The notes beneath the pieces are model-generated. The model was not told the DNA's origin, searched no databases, and worked only from the letters and a program-made list of their open reading frames with translations. Below are positions 16,336 through 24,871 of a stretch of DNA of 32,000 nt, one piece after another. This DNA is from Sedimentisphaera cyanobacteriorum. Its GTDB lineage: Bacteria > Planctomycetota > Phycisphaerae > Sedimentisphaerales > Sedimentisphaeraceae. Made by a program: the position numbers and the translations under genes. Each line of letters begins with the position of its first letter. Within the stretch, counting starts at the first letter, position 1. Location: positions 1,230,001-1,262,000 of the forward strand of contig NZ_CP019633.1 in the NCBI RefSeq assembly GCF_001997385.1. The letters are read 5' to 3'.

Positions 16336-16500
16336 TTAATACCACTTGGGGGCAGAAAGAATACTTTGGTAGTTCCAGAAATGCTCATGCCAGACTGGAC
16401 TGTGGAAAAACATGAAATAATCGTAGCTGCGGATAAAAACCAAAAGCCCCAAAAAGACTGTTGCAAAAGTATAACCAGAAGAGAGTAAAATAAAATACAT
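16336..16500 (-). CDS. Possible 54-aa small membrane protein
   Basis: Below the track's length cut-off. Hand translation gives MYFILLSSGYTFATVFLGLLVFIRSYDYFMFFHSPVWHEHFWNYQSILSAPKWY, with one clear hydrophobic helix. It fills the gap between two GT genes, starting 3 nt after the stop codon (16506-16508) of the upstream GT gene and ending 6 nt before the downstream start. No homology evidence. Confidence 0.25.
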   Translation of the reverse strand: MYFILLSSGYTFATVFLGLLVFIRSYDYFMFFHSPVWHEHFWNYQSILSAPKWY

Positions 16501-16505
16501 AAATA

Positions 16506-17768
16506 CTATAATCCTGATAATTCAATGTATGTATTTAAAAGTTTATTTAAATTCGTTTCAGGGTCGTGCCTCTTTTCGGCTGTTTTAACTGAATTGGCTG
16601 AAAGGGTTTGTGCGAAGCTTCTATTTTCAAAAATTTTTCTAATATTTTCTGCAAGCATTTCCACCTCTTCGAACCGGTAAAGCAATCCATCAACCCCTTC
16701 TGAAATAGAATCTGGTACACCACCTACATAAGAAGCGATACAAGGTACTCCTAAAATCTGAGCTTCAGCAACAGAATTTGATTCATTTTCTATTGAAGAA
16801 GGAGAAATAAAAACATGTGCTCTTAGATATTCTGAGATCATATCCTTTTCTCCAAGCGGCCCGAGGAATTCTATATTTTTCTCTAATCCGAATCTTTTAA
16901 TCAGGCCGTTAATATACTTTCCGTACCCCGACAGCCGAATTTTATCTTTCAGGGTTACAGTCTTTGTTATATCAGCTCCCGCCACTCTGATAATCAAAGC
17001 GGGGTAATCATTTTTGAGCAATTTTACAGCTTTAAGAACCTGATGCAATCCTTTAACTGGATAACTTGCCTGGCTCAGGAAAATTGAATGCTTTGAACAC
17101 TTATTAAAATTCCATTTATTTGAATTATAAAATGATTGCCGAAGTATTCTTTTACTTATATCCACAGGAATTTGTTGGTTCCATGTTTTAAAATGACAAT
17201 AGTCCCAGAAAGTCGTACAAATAAAATAATTAACGTTAAAAGCATATTGTTTTTCAATTTCCCCGCGCTGCCGCATTTTTCTTTGCCCATGAAATATCGT
17301 ATCAAAGCGGACAAGATCGCGAAATGTGATATTGCGGATAATATCCCAGAAGCTCATCCCGGCCGTATAATATCTTGCAATCACATTAGTAATTCCCTGC
17401 ATAGAGACAATATACTTATATTCACTGCAGGCTTTTAAGCAGGCTAATCCATGCGCAAATTCTGTGCCGTGAATGTGAATCAGATCCGGCTTAAATTCTT
17501 TGCAAACCTCCTGCCACAGCGGCTCAAGCTCAGAATGATATTTAATATTGCTTCCTTTAATTGGAAGAAGGTAGTAGGTAATGCCGTCAATCGTTTCTTT
17601 TTGAAGCTCATCACCCTGATATACAGCGGCTGCTGCTAAATGAACGTTTTCACTTTTTGCAACAAGCTTGCTGAGATTGTGCATCCAGCCGCCGGTAACC
17701 GGCCTTGAGCCCCCCAACTTCTCCGCCATATCAGGCAGAATAATGTTTGTTATCCAGAGAATATTCAT
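16506..17768 (-). CDS. GT4 glycosyltransferase
   Basis: 420 aa. The N-terminus MNILWITNIILPDMAEKLGG...GGWMH is followed by the C-terminal motif FISPSSIENESNSVAEAQILGVPCIASYVGGVPDSISEGVDGLLY. Confidence 0.85.
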   Translation of the reverse strand: MNILWITNIILPDMAEKLGGSRPVTGGWMHNLSKLVAKSENVHLAAAAVYQGDELQKETIDGITYYLLPIKGSNIKYHSELEPLWQEVCKEFKPDLIHIHGTEFAHGLACLKACSEYKYIVSMQGITNVIARYYTAGMSFWDIIRNITFRDLVRFDTIFHGQRKMRQRGEIEKQYAFNVNYFICTTFWDYCHFKTWNQQIPVDISKRILRQSFYNSNKWNFNKCSKHSIFLSQASYPVKGLHQVLKAVKLLKNDYPALIIRVAGADITKTVTLKDKIRLSGYGKYINGLIKRFGLEKNIEFLGPLGEKDMISEYLRAHVFISPSSIENESNSVAEAQILGVPCIASYVGGVPDSISEGVDGLLYRFEEVEMLAENIRKIFENRSFAQTLSANSVKTAEKRHDPETNLNKLLNTYIELSGL

Positions 17769-17805
17769 ATAATCTTCATAATTTAAAACAAAAGCAACTA
17801 TTAAA

Positions 17806-19041
17806 CTAACTTAAAACGCCAAGTCTTTCAGGGTCAGCATATCTTTTTGCATTATGGAAATCAGCTATCACCCATCCCCAGAAAAGTGCATTAAGAATAA
17901 AACTATAAGGTATGGTAATAGACATCTCAGTATTACCAATCCAAAAATACATTGCTAAAGAAGCTGCGAAAGCCCCTGCGTGCCTGTAATTAAATCTCAT
18001 CATGTCAAGAAAAATCTTGCAAATTTCATAAATAAATAATAAGTAAAAGATAAGACCTATGACACCATAGGCAAATAGAATGTCAACAATATCGTTATGA
18101 GCACGGCCTATTCCAACTCTATTAGCTGCCCCATAACCATTACCAATTATCCACTCAAAAAAAGATTGAGATGAAAGATGATTGAATGTCGCAAGAAAGA
18201 TGCCTATCCTACCAGACCCCTGATCCTTTACTACATTTTCCATCCTCGTTCCAATAGCAAAACCCATCGCTGATAACTCTTTGTATAGAATTGCCAATAT
18301 TATAAACAAAAGGGCTAAGCCTAAAAACGCAAGAAGTTTTCGAGATATTCCAATACCTTTAAATTTAAGAGTGCAAAAATAAAAAGAAGCTACAGCAGTT
18401 AAATAACCAACTAACGGAGCTCGCTTAACTGAAACAATAATAGCCGCAAAAATTAAAACTAAATAAAAAGACTTGACTACCTTTGATTTTAACAACAAAA
18501 TGGGTGGCAAAAAATAGGATATATAAAATATCGCATTATAACCTCTGGTGCTTTCTACTGCAAACCCCTGTCTGATTCTAAAAAAGGTAACCAAATAAAA
18601 ACTAACGGCTACAACAGAAGCAAAAGTAAAATATTTTAAGGTATTAATTTTCAATGATCCAAAATAAGACAATACAATTATCCATAACCAATAACTTATA
18701 TCGATCATTATCATAGGCCATTCTATGGGAGTATAAGCTCTGGAAGCTAACAATGATAGAAACCCAGCAACTGAATACAAAAAACCGTAATATATAAACC
18801 TTCGTTCCTTAACCCAGGCAGTTGAATTTCCTATAAATATTAAAAATGCAATAAGGATAATGACAAGCATATACCATGCATAAGGGGATATGCTTGTACC
18901 TATCTTTTGCTCTAAATACATATTAGCCATATTGTGATGATAACGAAGAAAAGTACTTATCATCAAAATCAAGGCTAACAAAGATTCAATATATAAGATT
19001 GAACCATGTTCCGGATTATTTTTAGTTTTTATATAATTCAT
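17806..19041 (-). CDS. wzy: Polytopic membrane protein, O-antigen polymerase / O-antigen-ligase-like (Wzy family)
   Basis: 411 aa with about 10 or more hydrophobic segments by eye. A periplasmic-loop-like stretch (GNGYGAANRVGIGRAHNDIVDILFAYGVIGLIFYLLF) resembles the Wzy_C motif. ATGA overlap with the upstream GT2 gene. Confidence 0.72.
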   Translation of the reverse strand: MNYIKTKNNPEHGSILYIESLLALILMISTFLRYHHNMANMYLEQKIGTSISPYAWYMLVIILIAFLIFIGNSTAWVKERRFIYYGFLYSVAGFLSLLASRAYTPIEWPMIMIDISYWLWIIVLSYFGSLKINTLKYFTFASVVAVSFYLVTFFRIRQGFAVESTRGYNAIFYISYFLPPILLLKSKVVKSFYLVLIFAAIIVSVKRAPLVGYLTAVASFYFCTLKFKGIGISRKLLAFLGLALLFIILAILYKELSAMGFAIGTRMENVVKDQGSGRIGIFLATFNHLSSQSFFEWIIGNGYGAANRVGIGRAHNDIVDILFAYGVIGLIFYLLFIYEICKIFLDMMRFNYRHAGAFAASLAMYFWIGNTEMSITIPYSFILNALFWGWVIADFHNAKRYADPERLGVLS

Positions 19042-20042
19042 AATTCTACCTTGGAATATCTCATCTTGTTTGCCAAACTTTGAATAATGACATAAAAGCG
19101 AGGGCTTGACAAGATAAGAAAAGCATATATCTTCTTTGTAACAGTAAGCTTTTTCGACTTGCCTATCTTTTTAATGTTGGTTTTGAAAAAGTCAGCTACT
19201 GATTTGCATATATTCTCATCATTAATCTTAAATGCATTGTAAAAACATCCTACACCGCATTCGATTGCAAGTTTAAGGCATACGTGGGAAAAGCATGGAT
19301 ATTTCACTACTGAAAACTCATACCTTTCTGTAAAACCAAGAAAAATGTGAAACTTTTTATTTGGATCTTTATAATTGAATGATGCACTTGTATTTCTAAC
19401 CAAATAAAAATAAAGAGGTTCTGCTATATACTTAACCTTGTGACACTTTTCAAAGTAATAATATGTAGTAGCCAGATCTTGACAATACGTGCGTCCGACA
19501 GGATACCTAACATCTTTAAATAAGTCATTTTTATATAATTTATTCCACGCCTGGCTTCCTATATTATCATATAAGATTTCACGCATAATATCATAATTAT
19601 TATATTCTTTTGATTCTCCCAGCCAATTCTGCACCTCTATTTTCCCATTATCTTCATAAACTCTGTAATTATCACAAATCACAAGATCAGCTGCGGTCTC
19701 CTCGGCAACTTCTATAAGTCTTTGATACATATTGCTGCAAATATAATCATCACTGTCAACAAAGCCTACATAATCTCCTTTCGCAGCCTCCAATCCAACG
19801 TTTCTAGCATCGGAAAGACCTCCATTTTCTTTATGGATCACAACAATACGGCTATCTTTCTGAGCATATTTATCGCATATCTCACCGCAATTATCAGGAG
19901 AACCGTCATCAACCAGAATCAGTTCAAAATCGGCAAATTCTTGACCTAATATGCTTTCAACACATTTTTGCAAATAATTTTCTACCTTATATATAGCTAC
20001 TATTACACTTAACTTCGGGCTATTTATTTTTGTGTCAATCAT
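19038..20042 (-). CDS. GT2 glycosyltransferase (GT-A fold)
   Basis: Track ORF 19038-20093 starts at TTG. I prefer the ATG at 20042 (MIDTKINSPK), which is preceded by AAGGAG (20055-20050) with a 7-nt spacer. Motifs: LSVIVAIYKVENYLQKCVESILGQEFADFELILVDDGSPDNCGEICD...GGLSDARNVGLEAAKGDYVGFVDSDDY. Confidence 0.9.
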   Translation of the reverse strand: MIDTKINSPKLSVIVAIYKVENYLQKCVESILGQEFADFELILVDDGSPDNCGEICDKYAQKDSRIVVIHKENGGLSDARNVGLEAAKGDYVGFVDSDDYICSNMYQRLIEVAEETAADLVICDNYRVYEDNGKIEVQNWLGESKEYNNYDIMREILYDNIGSQAWNKLYKNDLFKDVRYPVGRTYCQDLATTYYYFEKCHKVKYIAEPLYFYLVRNTSASFNYKDPNKKFHIFLGFTERYEFSVVKYPCFSHVCLKLAIECGVGCFYNAFKINDENICKSVADFFKTNIKKIGKSKKLTVTKKIYAFLILSSPRFYVIIQSLANKMRYSKVEL

Positions 20043-20053
20043 AAGATAACTCC

Positions 20054-21211
20054 TTAAAACTGCCATTGTTTGAGCGGAAATGCCCTGCTGCAAGGACCGC
20101 TCTTAGAGCAGTTCAATTTGCCATGCAGCAAAGATTCAGATAAATCAATAAAACTTTCTGCGGCATTCTCTGGATTCCATTCTTGCTGTAAGGTTTTATA
20201 TGCATTTTTTCCCAACATTTTACGTAAACCTTCATCCAATAAAAGGCTTTCTGCCTTTTTGCAGAAATCATCTATATTCCCGTATTTATAAACAAGCCCA
20301 TTACGATTATTATTTATTAAAAACGGAACTGATCCGATTGCATGGCTTGCCAAAACCGCGCATCCGCTGTTCATTGATTCATTGAGCACTGCCCCCCAGC
20401 CTTCATTATAGTCGCTTGTAAAAAGGAATATGTCGCTGGCATACATATAATCCCTGACCCTTTTATGGGGCATCGCTCCCAGCATTGAGATTTTTTCATC
20501 TAACTGAGAAGACTGAATCATACTTCTTATTTTATTTTCATAATTCCCCGTTCCTATCATATTAATATGGAAATCATACCCCTTGCTCCTGAGATATTTG
20601 GCTAAATAAACAGCATATTCAGGGTGCTTCCAATCAAGGAAACGACCGCACCAAAGAATTTCTAGCCGCTCTTTGTCAGAATTGCGTCTTTCTTGCAAAT
20701 CTCGCTTGATAAACTCGGGAAAATAGCCCCATTTAAAACATTTTTGAGGGTAAGCTCCCACTAAAGCACAATCTCCTGCGGTATAAGCACTTGCGCAAAG
20801 CATATAAAGGTTGCTGCTGCGGTATTTAGTATGCCGTTTCAATAAGCTAATCAGAACCCTTGGGTCGAGAATTCTCCAAATCCCTCTCTTGAAGATTCTT
20901 TCAGAATATCTGAATGTGAGCTTGTTATGCTTCATTCTTTCCGTTACATATACTTCTGGTGCAGAACCATGTATAACCACATCACTTTCAAATGCAAGCT
21001 CCATGGCTTTAACTGCATTCTCTTTACTATCATAAACAGTCAAAATAAAAGGGTGCTGCTTGTTCATATCCGAGAATCCAAGTTTTAGTCTTTCTTTAGC
21101 AAGGGGTTTTGTTGCAACGAAAGTAAAACTACCTCCAAGTAATTTATACATTTCTCTGCAGAAACTGAACTGATGATGGTTCATAAAATTTGAATAAAAG
21201 GTAATTCGCAA
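20054..21211 (-). CDS. GT-B glycosyltransferase (GT1/GT4-like)
   Basis: 385 aa with a TTG start. The N-terminus MRITFYSNFMNHHQFSFCREMYKLLGGSFTFVATKPL is followed by the C-terminal motif FLFTSDYNEGWGAVLNESMNSGCAVLASHAIGSVPFLINNNRNGLVY. Confidence 0.75.
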   Translation of the reverse strand: MRITFYSNFMNHHQFSFCREMYKLLGGSFTFVATKPLAKERLKLGFSDMNKQHPFILTVYDSKENAVKAMELAFESDVVIHGSAPEVYVTERMKHNKLTFRYSERIFKRGIWRILDPRVLISLLKRHTKYRSSNLYMLCASAYTAGDCALVGAYPQKCFKWGYFPEFIKRDLQERRNSDKERLEILWCGRFLDWKHPEYAVYLAKYLRSKGYDFHINMIGTGNYENKIRSMIQSSQLDEKISMLGAMPHKRVRDYMYASDIFLFTSDYNEGWGAVLNESMNSGCAVLASHAIGSVPFLINNNRNGLVYKYGNIDDFCKKAESLLLDEGLRKMLGKNAYKTLQQEWNPENAAESFIDLSESLLHGKLNCSKSGPCSRAFPLKQWQF

Positions 21212-21248
21212 ATCTTTGCTTTCTAATTAGTCTTTAAATATTATAACA

Positions 21249-22193
21249 TTACCAATAACACCCATTTTCAATTTTTTTGTAGTTTTTAGGTTTTTCCTCT
21301 GCCAAAGGATAGACCCAGTTTTCATTAAATTGATGAGATATAACAGAGCTATTCTCCCAACGGCCACCTTTTATGCCAAAGAGAATCTGAGTTGCTCCAC
21401 CCATATGTATTGCCTGCTTTCCCAAACTTTTCACATGAGCGGCAAGTGGAAAGCCGTATGCCCCGCATCCGATTATCGCCACATCAAAATCTGTATTGTT
21501 AACATTATACTTCATATGTTCTAAAGCCTCAAACCAATCTTTAAATTCGCTCTTTTCGCCGGCGATTGTCTGAACAGCTTTTATTGTTAATAATTCAAAA
21601 TCCGGCAATATATCGGGGTTATTAAACAGATTTTGTCTTTTTTTATACTGGTTTATAATAGTTTGTTCAAATGGGTGGATGACCAAAACTTTTTTACCTT
21701 TCAAGTTTTTAGACCAAGGAAAATTATGATAGTAAGGTTCTAAAGAAACTAATTCGGCTATTTCAGCTTCAGCATATTTTTTTAGAATGTAATCTTCTTG
21801 TGATGTTCGTAAAACACCTATCAAATCCGCTTTTTTTGTTGAATCAATCATCAAATCAGTAAAATTATCTAAAACTCTGGGGTTGGCATCAAATATCCCA
21901 GCATTTATTCTTGCACTGTTAATTAAAGCATCAGAATACGATGACCTGAAATTAAATTCTTGTTCTATGCATTGCTTAACAATATTAGTTTCCACAGTCC
22001 CATAGCGACCAGCAAAAAATGGATTCCCTTCAATGATTGATCTTGATATAAGATTATTACCTTCCTTTCTATTTAATATATTTACACCTGCATATTTTTT
22101 AATTTTTATCTTTGATTTTATAAGTTTTTTTTCTAAAAAAATACGGACTTTATTTCGAAACAAGTAAACAAGGTACTCAATTTTATTTAGCAT
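21249..22193 (-). CDS. Uncharacterised protein, possibly a GT-D-fold (DUF1792-like) glycosyltransferase
   Basis: 314 aa. The motifs FFAGRYGTVETNIV and VAIIGCGAYGFPLAAHVKSLGKQAIHMGGATQILFGIKGGRWE recall DUF1792-type proteins found in polysaccharide loci. The assignment is from memory of the motif only. Confidence 0.35.
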   Translation of the reverse strand: MLNKIEYLVYLFRNKVRIFLEKKLIKSKIKIKKYAGVNILNRKEGNNLISRSIIEGNPFFAGRYGTVETNIVKQCIEQEFNFRSSYSDALINSARINAGIFDANPRVLDNFTDLMIDSTKKADLIGVLRTSQEDYILKKYAEAEIAELVSLEPYYHNFPWSKNLKGKKVLVIHPFEQTIINQYKKRQNLFNNPDILPDFELLTIKAVQTIAGEKSEFKDWFEALEHMKYNVNNTDFDVAIIGCGAYGFPLAAHVKSLGKQAIHMGGATQILFGIKGGRWENSSVISHQFNENWVYPLAEEKPKNYKKIENGCYW

Positions 22194-22220
22194 ATTATTT
22201 CCAAAAAATTACTATCTAAC

Positions 22221-22970
22221 TCATTTAGATCTAATCCAGCACAAAATGGGAATTATGTGGGGCTTTATTAAGCCTTTACACTTAGCGATGAAGCTTGGTT
22301 TTTGCGGTTCGTAAAAACCTCTTTCATAAAAATCAAAGTTAATTCCATGTTTTTCACAAACAGGTACAATACTTTGAAACCATTTACCTCTACCAATTGC
22401 TTGCTCATGATGTATTAAAGGCTTATAGCTTCCCCAAATTTCTAGGCTATTTTTTCGAGCAACTACATCTCCCAATGTCTCAAAATCCCATGGGCTGAAA
22501 TTAGGCCTCAGCACTTTAAGCAAAGACTCTTTCTTCCATATAGAAACCTGGGCATTAATCCTATACGGCTCCCCCGGTAAAACTTCACCAAAAATTTGGC
22601 CATCTTGAGGTAGTGTTTTGGGTTTTGGGCAAGCATGCAGTCCCAAACAGTCTATACCATTAGCTTTTATAAATTCATAAGCCGACTCAATTGCCGCATC
22701 ATCTACTAGCTCAATGATAAAAAAATCTTCCAAAATAATCACTACATAATCTTCTTCTATCATCTCAAGCATTTTAGAAACTGTTAATCCCCAGCAAGTG
22801 TCTTCACCTATTTTTAAATCTGTTACCCAATCAATATCTGCGCTTTTATAATTAGTTCCAAGATAAACCGGATATCTGCAATTTGGCCAATACTCTTTAA
22901 ATAACTTAAAAAAAGCCTGCCAAAGAAAACTATATTTATCGAAGGACGGCACTAAAACAGCCATACTCAT
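22221..22970 (-). CDS. Uncharacterised cluster protein (possible glycosyl- or other transferase)
   Basis: Track ORF 22221-22985 starts at TTG; ATG codons lie at 22970 and 22964. The sequence MSMAVLVPSFDKYSFLWQAFFKLFKEYWPNCRYPVYLGTN...VVIILEDFFI resembles small proteins seen in capsule/O-antigen loci. No recognisable catalytic motif. Confidence 0.3.
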   Translation of the reverse strand: MSMAVLVPSFDKYSFLWQAFFKLFKEYWPNCRYPVYLGTNYKSADIDWVTDLKIGEDTCWGLTVSKMLEMIEEDYVVIILEDFFIIELVDDAAIESAYEFIKANGIDCLGLHACPKPKTLPQDGQIFGEVLPGEPYRINAQVSIWKKESLLKVLRPNFSPWDFETLGDVVARKNSLEIWGSYKPLIHHEQAIGRGKWFQSIVPVCEKHGINFDFYERGFYEPQKPSFIAKCKGLIKPHIIPILCWIRSK

Positions 22971-23006
22971 AATGAAACCTTTCAAAATGATGGTTATAGA
23001 AATTAT

Positions 23007-24563
23007 TCACAAACATAATCGTTTAATAGCATTTTTCCGCAAACTGAATAATTTGTAAAATATACTTTGTAATTTTTCTTGAAGGTAAATTCGTTCATAC
23101 CCATTCAAACCAATAAAGTATATCCCCAAAGAACACCAGACACAAGATATTAATGAAACAACTGCAAATTTCAAGAAACCGCTTTTGTCGACTAATGTTA
23201 TAAACGCAAGAGGCAGTGAGAACAATAGAACTCCAATTATTCTTAATTGCACTTTCTTTAAGTAATTCAGGATATCAAAACCAATTTTAAATTTTAAGAT
23301 TATCATCAAAGCAACCATAATTATTACTTCAGACAAAGCAAAGTTAATCAGACCCCAAACAGCTTGAAAACCAATATGAAACATAACACCAGAAACAACA
23401 AGGCATAAGAGACAGGAGAACACTTTGAATGTTTCGTATTCCTTAATTTTGCCGCTTGAATTCAGAAGAATCCCGGAAGTGCCCCTTAGAGTTTGCACTA
23501 AAACAGCTATAATCATCACTCTACAAAAAATCACTGTATTAGCCGGCACATCTCCCAACCAAAGCTTCAAGAGAAATTCTGTTTCGAGCAAAATGGGGAC
23601 TGAAGGCAAAAGCATTAAGAAGAAAGTATATTTAGACATTCCATAGACTATCTGCAAAACCCTTTGCCAGTCCCCACCGCCATGTCCTTTAAAAACTTGA
23701 GGAGCCGATACAGTATTAAGAGTTTGCGTAAAAGTAATCAATAAACCCGTTAATTGCTTTGCAATGCCAAAGGATGCGTTGACTACCGTACCGAAAAAGT
23801 AATTTAATACCATAGCAAGCCCTTGGCTATTGCCAACGGCAGCAGAAGAACCTAATAAAGACCAAGCAGAGAAGCTTAACATTTCCTTATATTTATGCCA
23901 CTTAAAAGAAATTTTCCACTTAACCAAATCTTTATATTTAATCCTGCAATAAATAAAGTAAAGGAATGAACAAGTTCCCCAAACCAATGCTGTTAAAACA
24001 GCATAAATTTTCAGTTTATTGCTAAGGAAAAAGATCAGAGAAAATGCTACTATGAATCTCATGAAAGAGGATAATGTTTCAATTAGAACCCTAATTAAAA
24101 AATTTTCCTTAGCTGAAATCAAACCTCGGTAAGGTATCACAGAAACATTTAGAATCGCTGCTAAAACTGAAAAGTGGTACACAAAAACAGCATCATCCAA
24201 TTTGCCTTCTTCTACATTAAGAAAATTGTATACATAATAAAGACCAATGGTTTCGGCTAAGAGAAATATTAAAAGAGCAAATGACAAATGAATTACAAGA
24301 CTAATATTAAATATACTATTTGAATCACCTTTAGCTCCCTTACCCAATTCGTTGGCAATAAAACGATGCGTAGAACCAGATATGGAGATATTCAGAATAT
24401 TAAGCAGCATAACAATTCCGCCAACTACATGATAAAGACCATAATCAGATGCGCCAAGATTTTGCAAGACAAGCCTTGCAGTAAACAGCCCTAACAAAGT
24501 ACTAATTATTAGTCTAATATAAAGCAATAAGCTATTTAATGCTATTCTTTTATTTCCGCTCAA
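23007..24563 (-). CDS. wzx: Oligosaccharide-unit flippase, MOP/PST superfamily (Wzx)
   Basis: 518 aa and hydrophobic throughout (about 12-14 helices by eye). The N-terminus NKRIALNSLLLYIRLIISTLLGLFTARLVLQNLGASDYGLY is typical of Wzx/PST flippases. TTG start with AGGA 6 nt upstream. Confidence 0.85.
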   Translation of the reverse strand: MSGNKRIALNSLLLYIRLIISTLLGLFTARLVLQNLGASDYGLYHVVGGIVMLLNILNISISGSTHRFIANELGKGAKGDSNSIFNISLVIHLSFALLIFLLAETIGLYYVYNFLNVEEGKLDDAVFVYHFSVLAAILNVSVIPYRGLISAKENFLIRVLIETLSSFMRFIVAFSLIFFLSNKLKIYAVLTALVWGTCSFLYFIYCRIKYKDLVKWKISFKWHKYKEMLSFSAWSLLGSSAAVGNSQGLAMVLNYFFGTVVNASFGIAKQLTGLLITFTQTLNTVSAPQVFKGHGGGDWQRVLQIVYGMSKYTFFLMLLPSVPILLETEFLLKLWLGDVPANTVIFCRVMIIAVLVQTLRGTSGILLNSSGKIKEYETFKVFSCLLCLVVSGVMFHIGFQAVWGLINFALSEVIIMVALMIILKFKIGFDILNYLKKVQLRIIGVLLFSLPLAFITLVDKSGFLKFAVVSLISCVWCSLGIYFIGLNGYERIYLQEKLQSIFYKLFSLRKNAIKRLCL

Positions 24564-24571
24564 ATGATGTC

Positions 24572-24832
24572 CTATATAAGTATCAAATTTAAGTGAAGAT
24601 TACTTAATTGAAGCTTGAAAGAGCTGAAAATATCCTGAATCGCAGGCTTATTGCATATATCAGCTTGAACAAAGCTATAGCGAACCGAATCCTCAACCTC
24701 TTTGAGCGAGGACAGGTTGCCGGCGTAGGTGAGCTTGTCTATGTTAAGCACACTATGGTCGGTATTTTTTATTATATGTCTTATTACGGCCGAGCCAATA
24801 AAGCCCGCACCGCCTGTTACTATTATTTTCAT
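24572..24832 (-). pseudogene. rfbB: 5' fragment of dTDP-glucose 4,6-dehydratase (rfbB/rmlB), only ~73 homologous codons
   Basis: The 86-aa [76 protein letters not shown] matches the RmlB N-terminus ([14 protein letters not shown]...DKLTYAGN...ADIC). It then diverges into [13 protein letters not shown] and stops. Full-length RmlB is about 350 aa. Confidence 0.8.
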
Positions 24833-24871
24833 TTAATTCAGTTGTAAGTAATAAGTTTTTAGTTTTATGCT

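Noticed and set aside
16275-16466. 63-aa track ORF overlapping the start of the GT4 gene
   Set aside because: It overlaps the GT coding start by 55 nt in another frame. The alternative 54-codon frame (16336-16500) fits the gap cleanly and is the only one reported, at low confidence.
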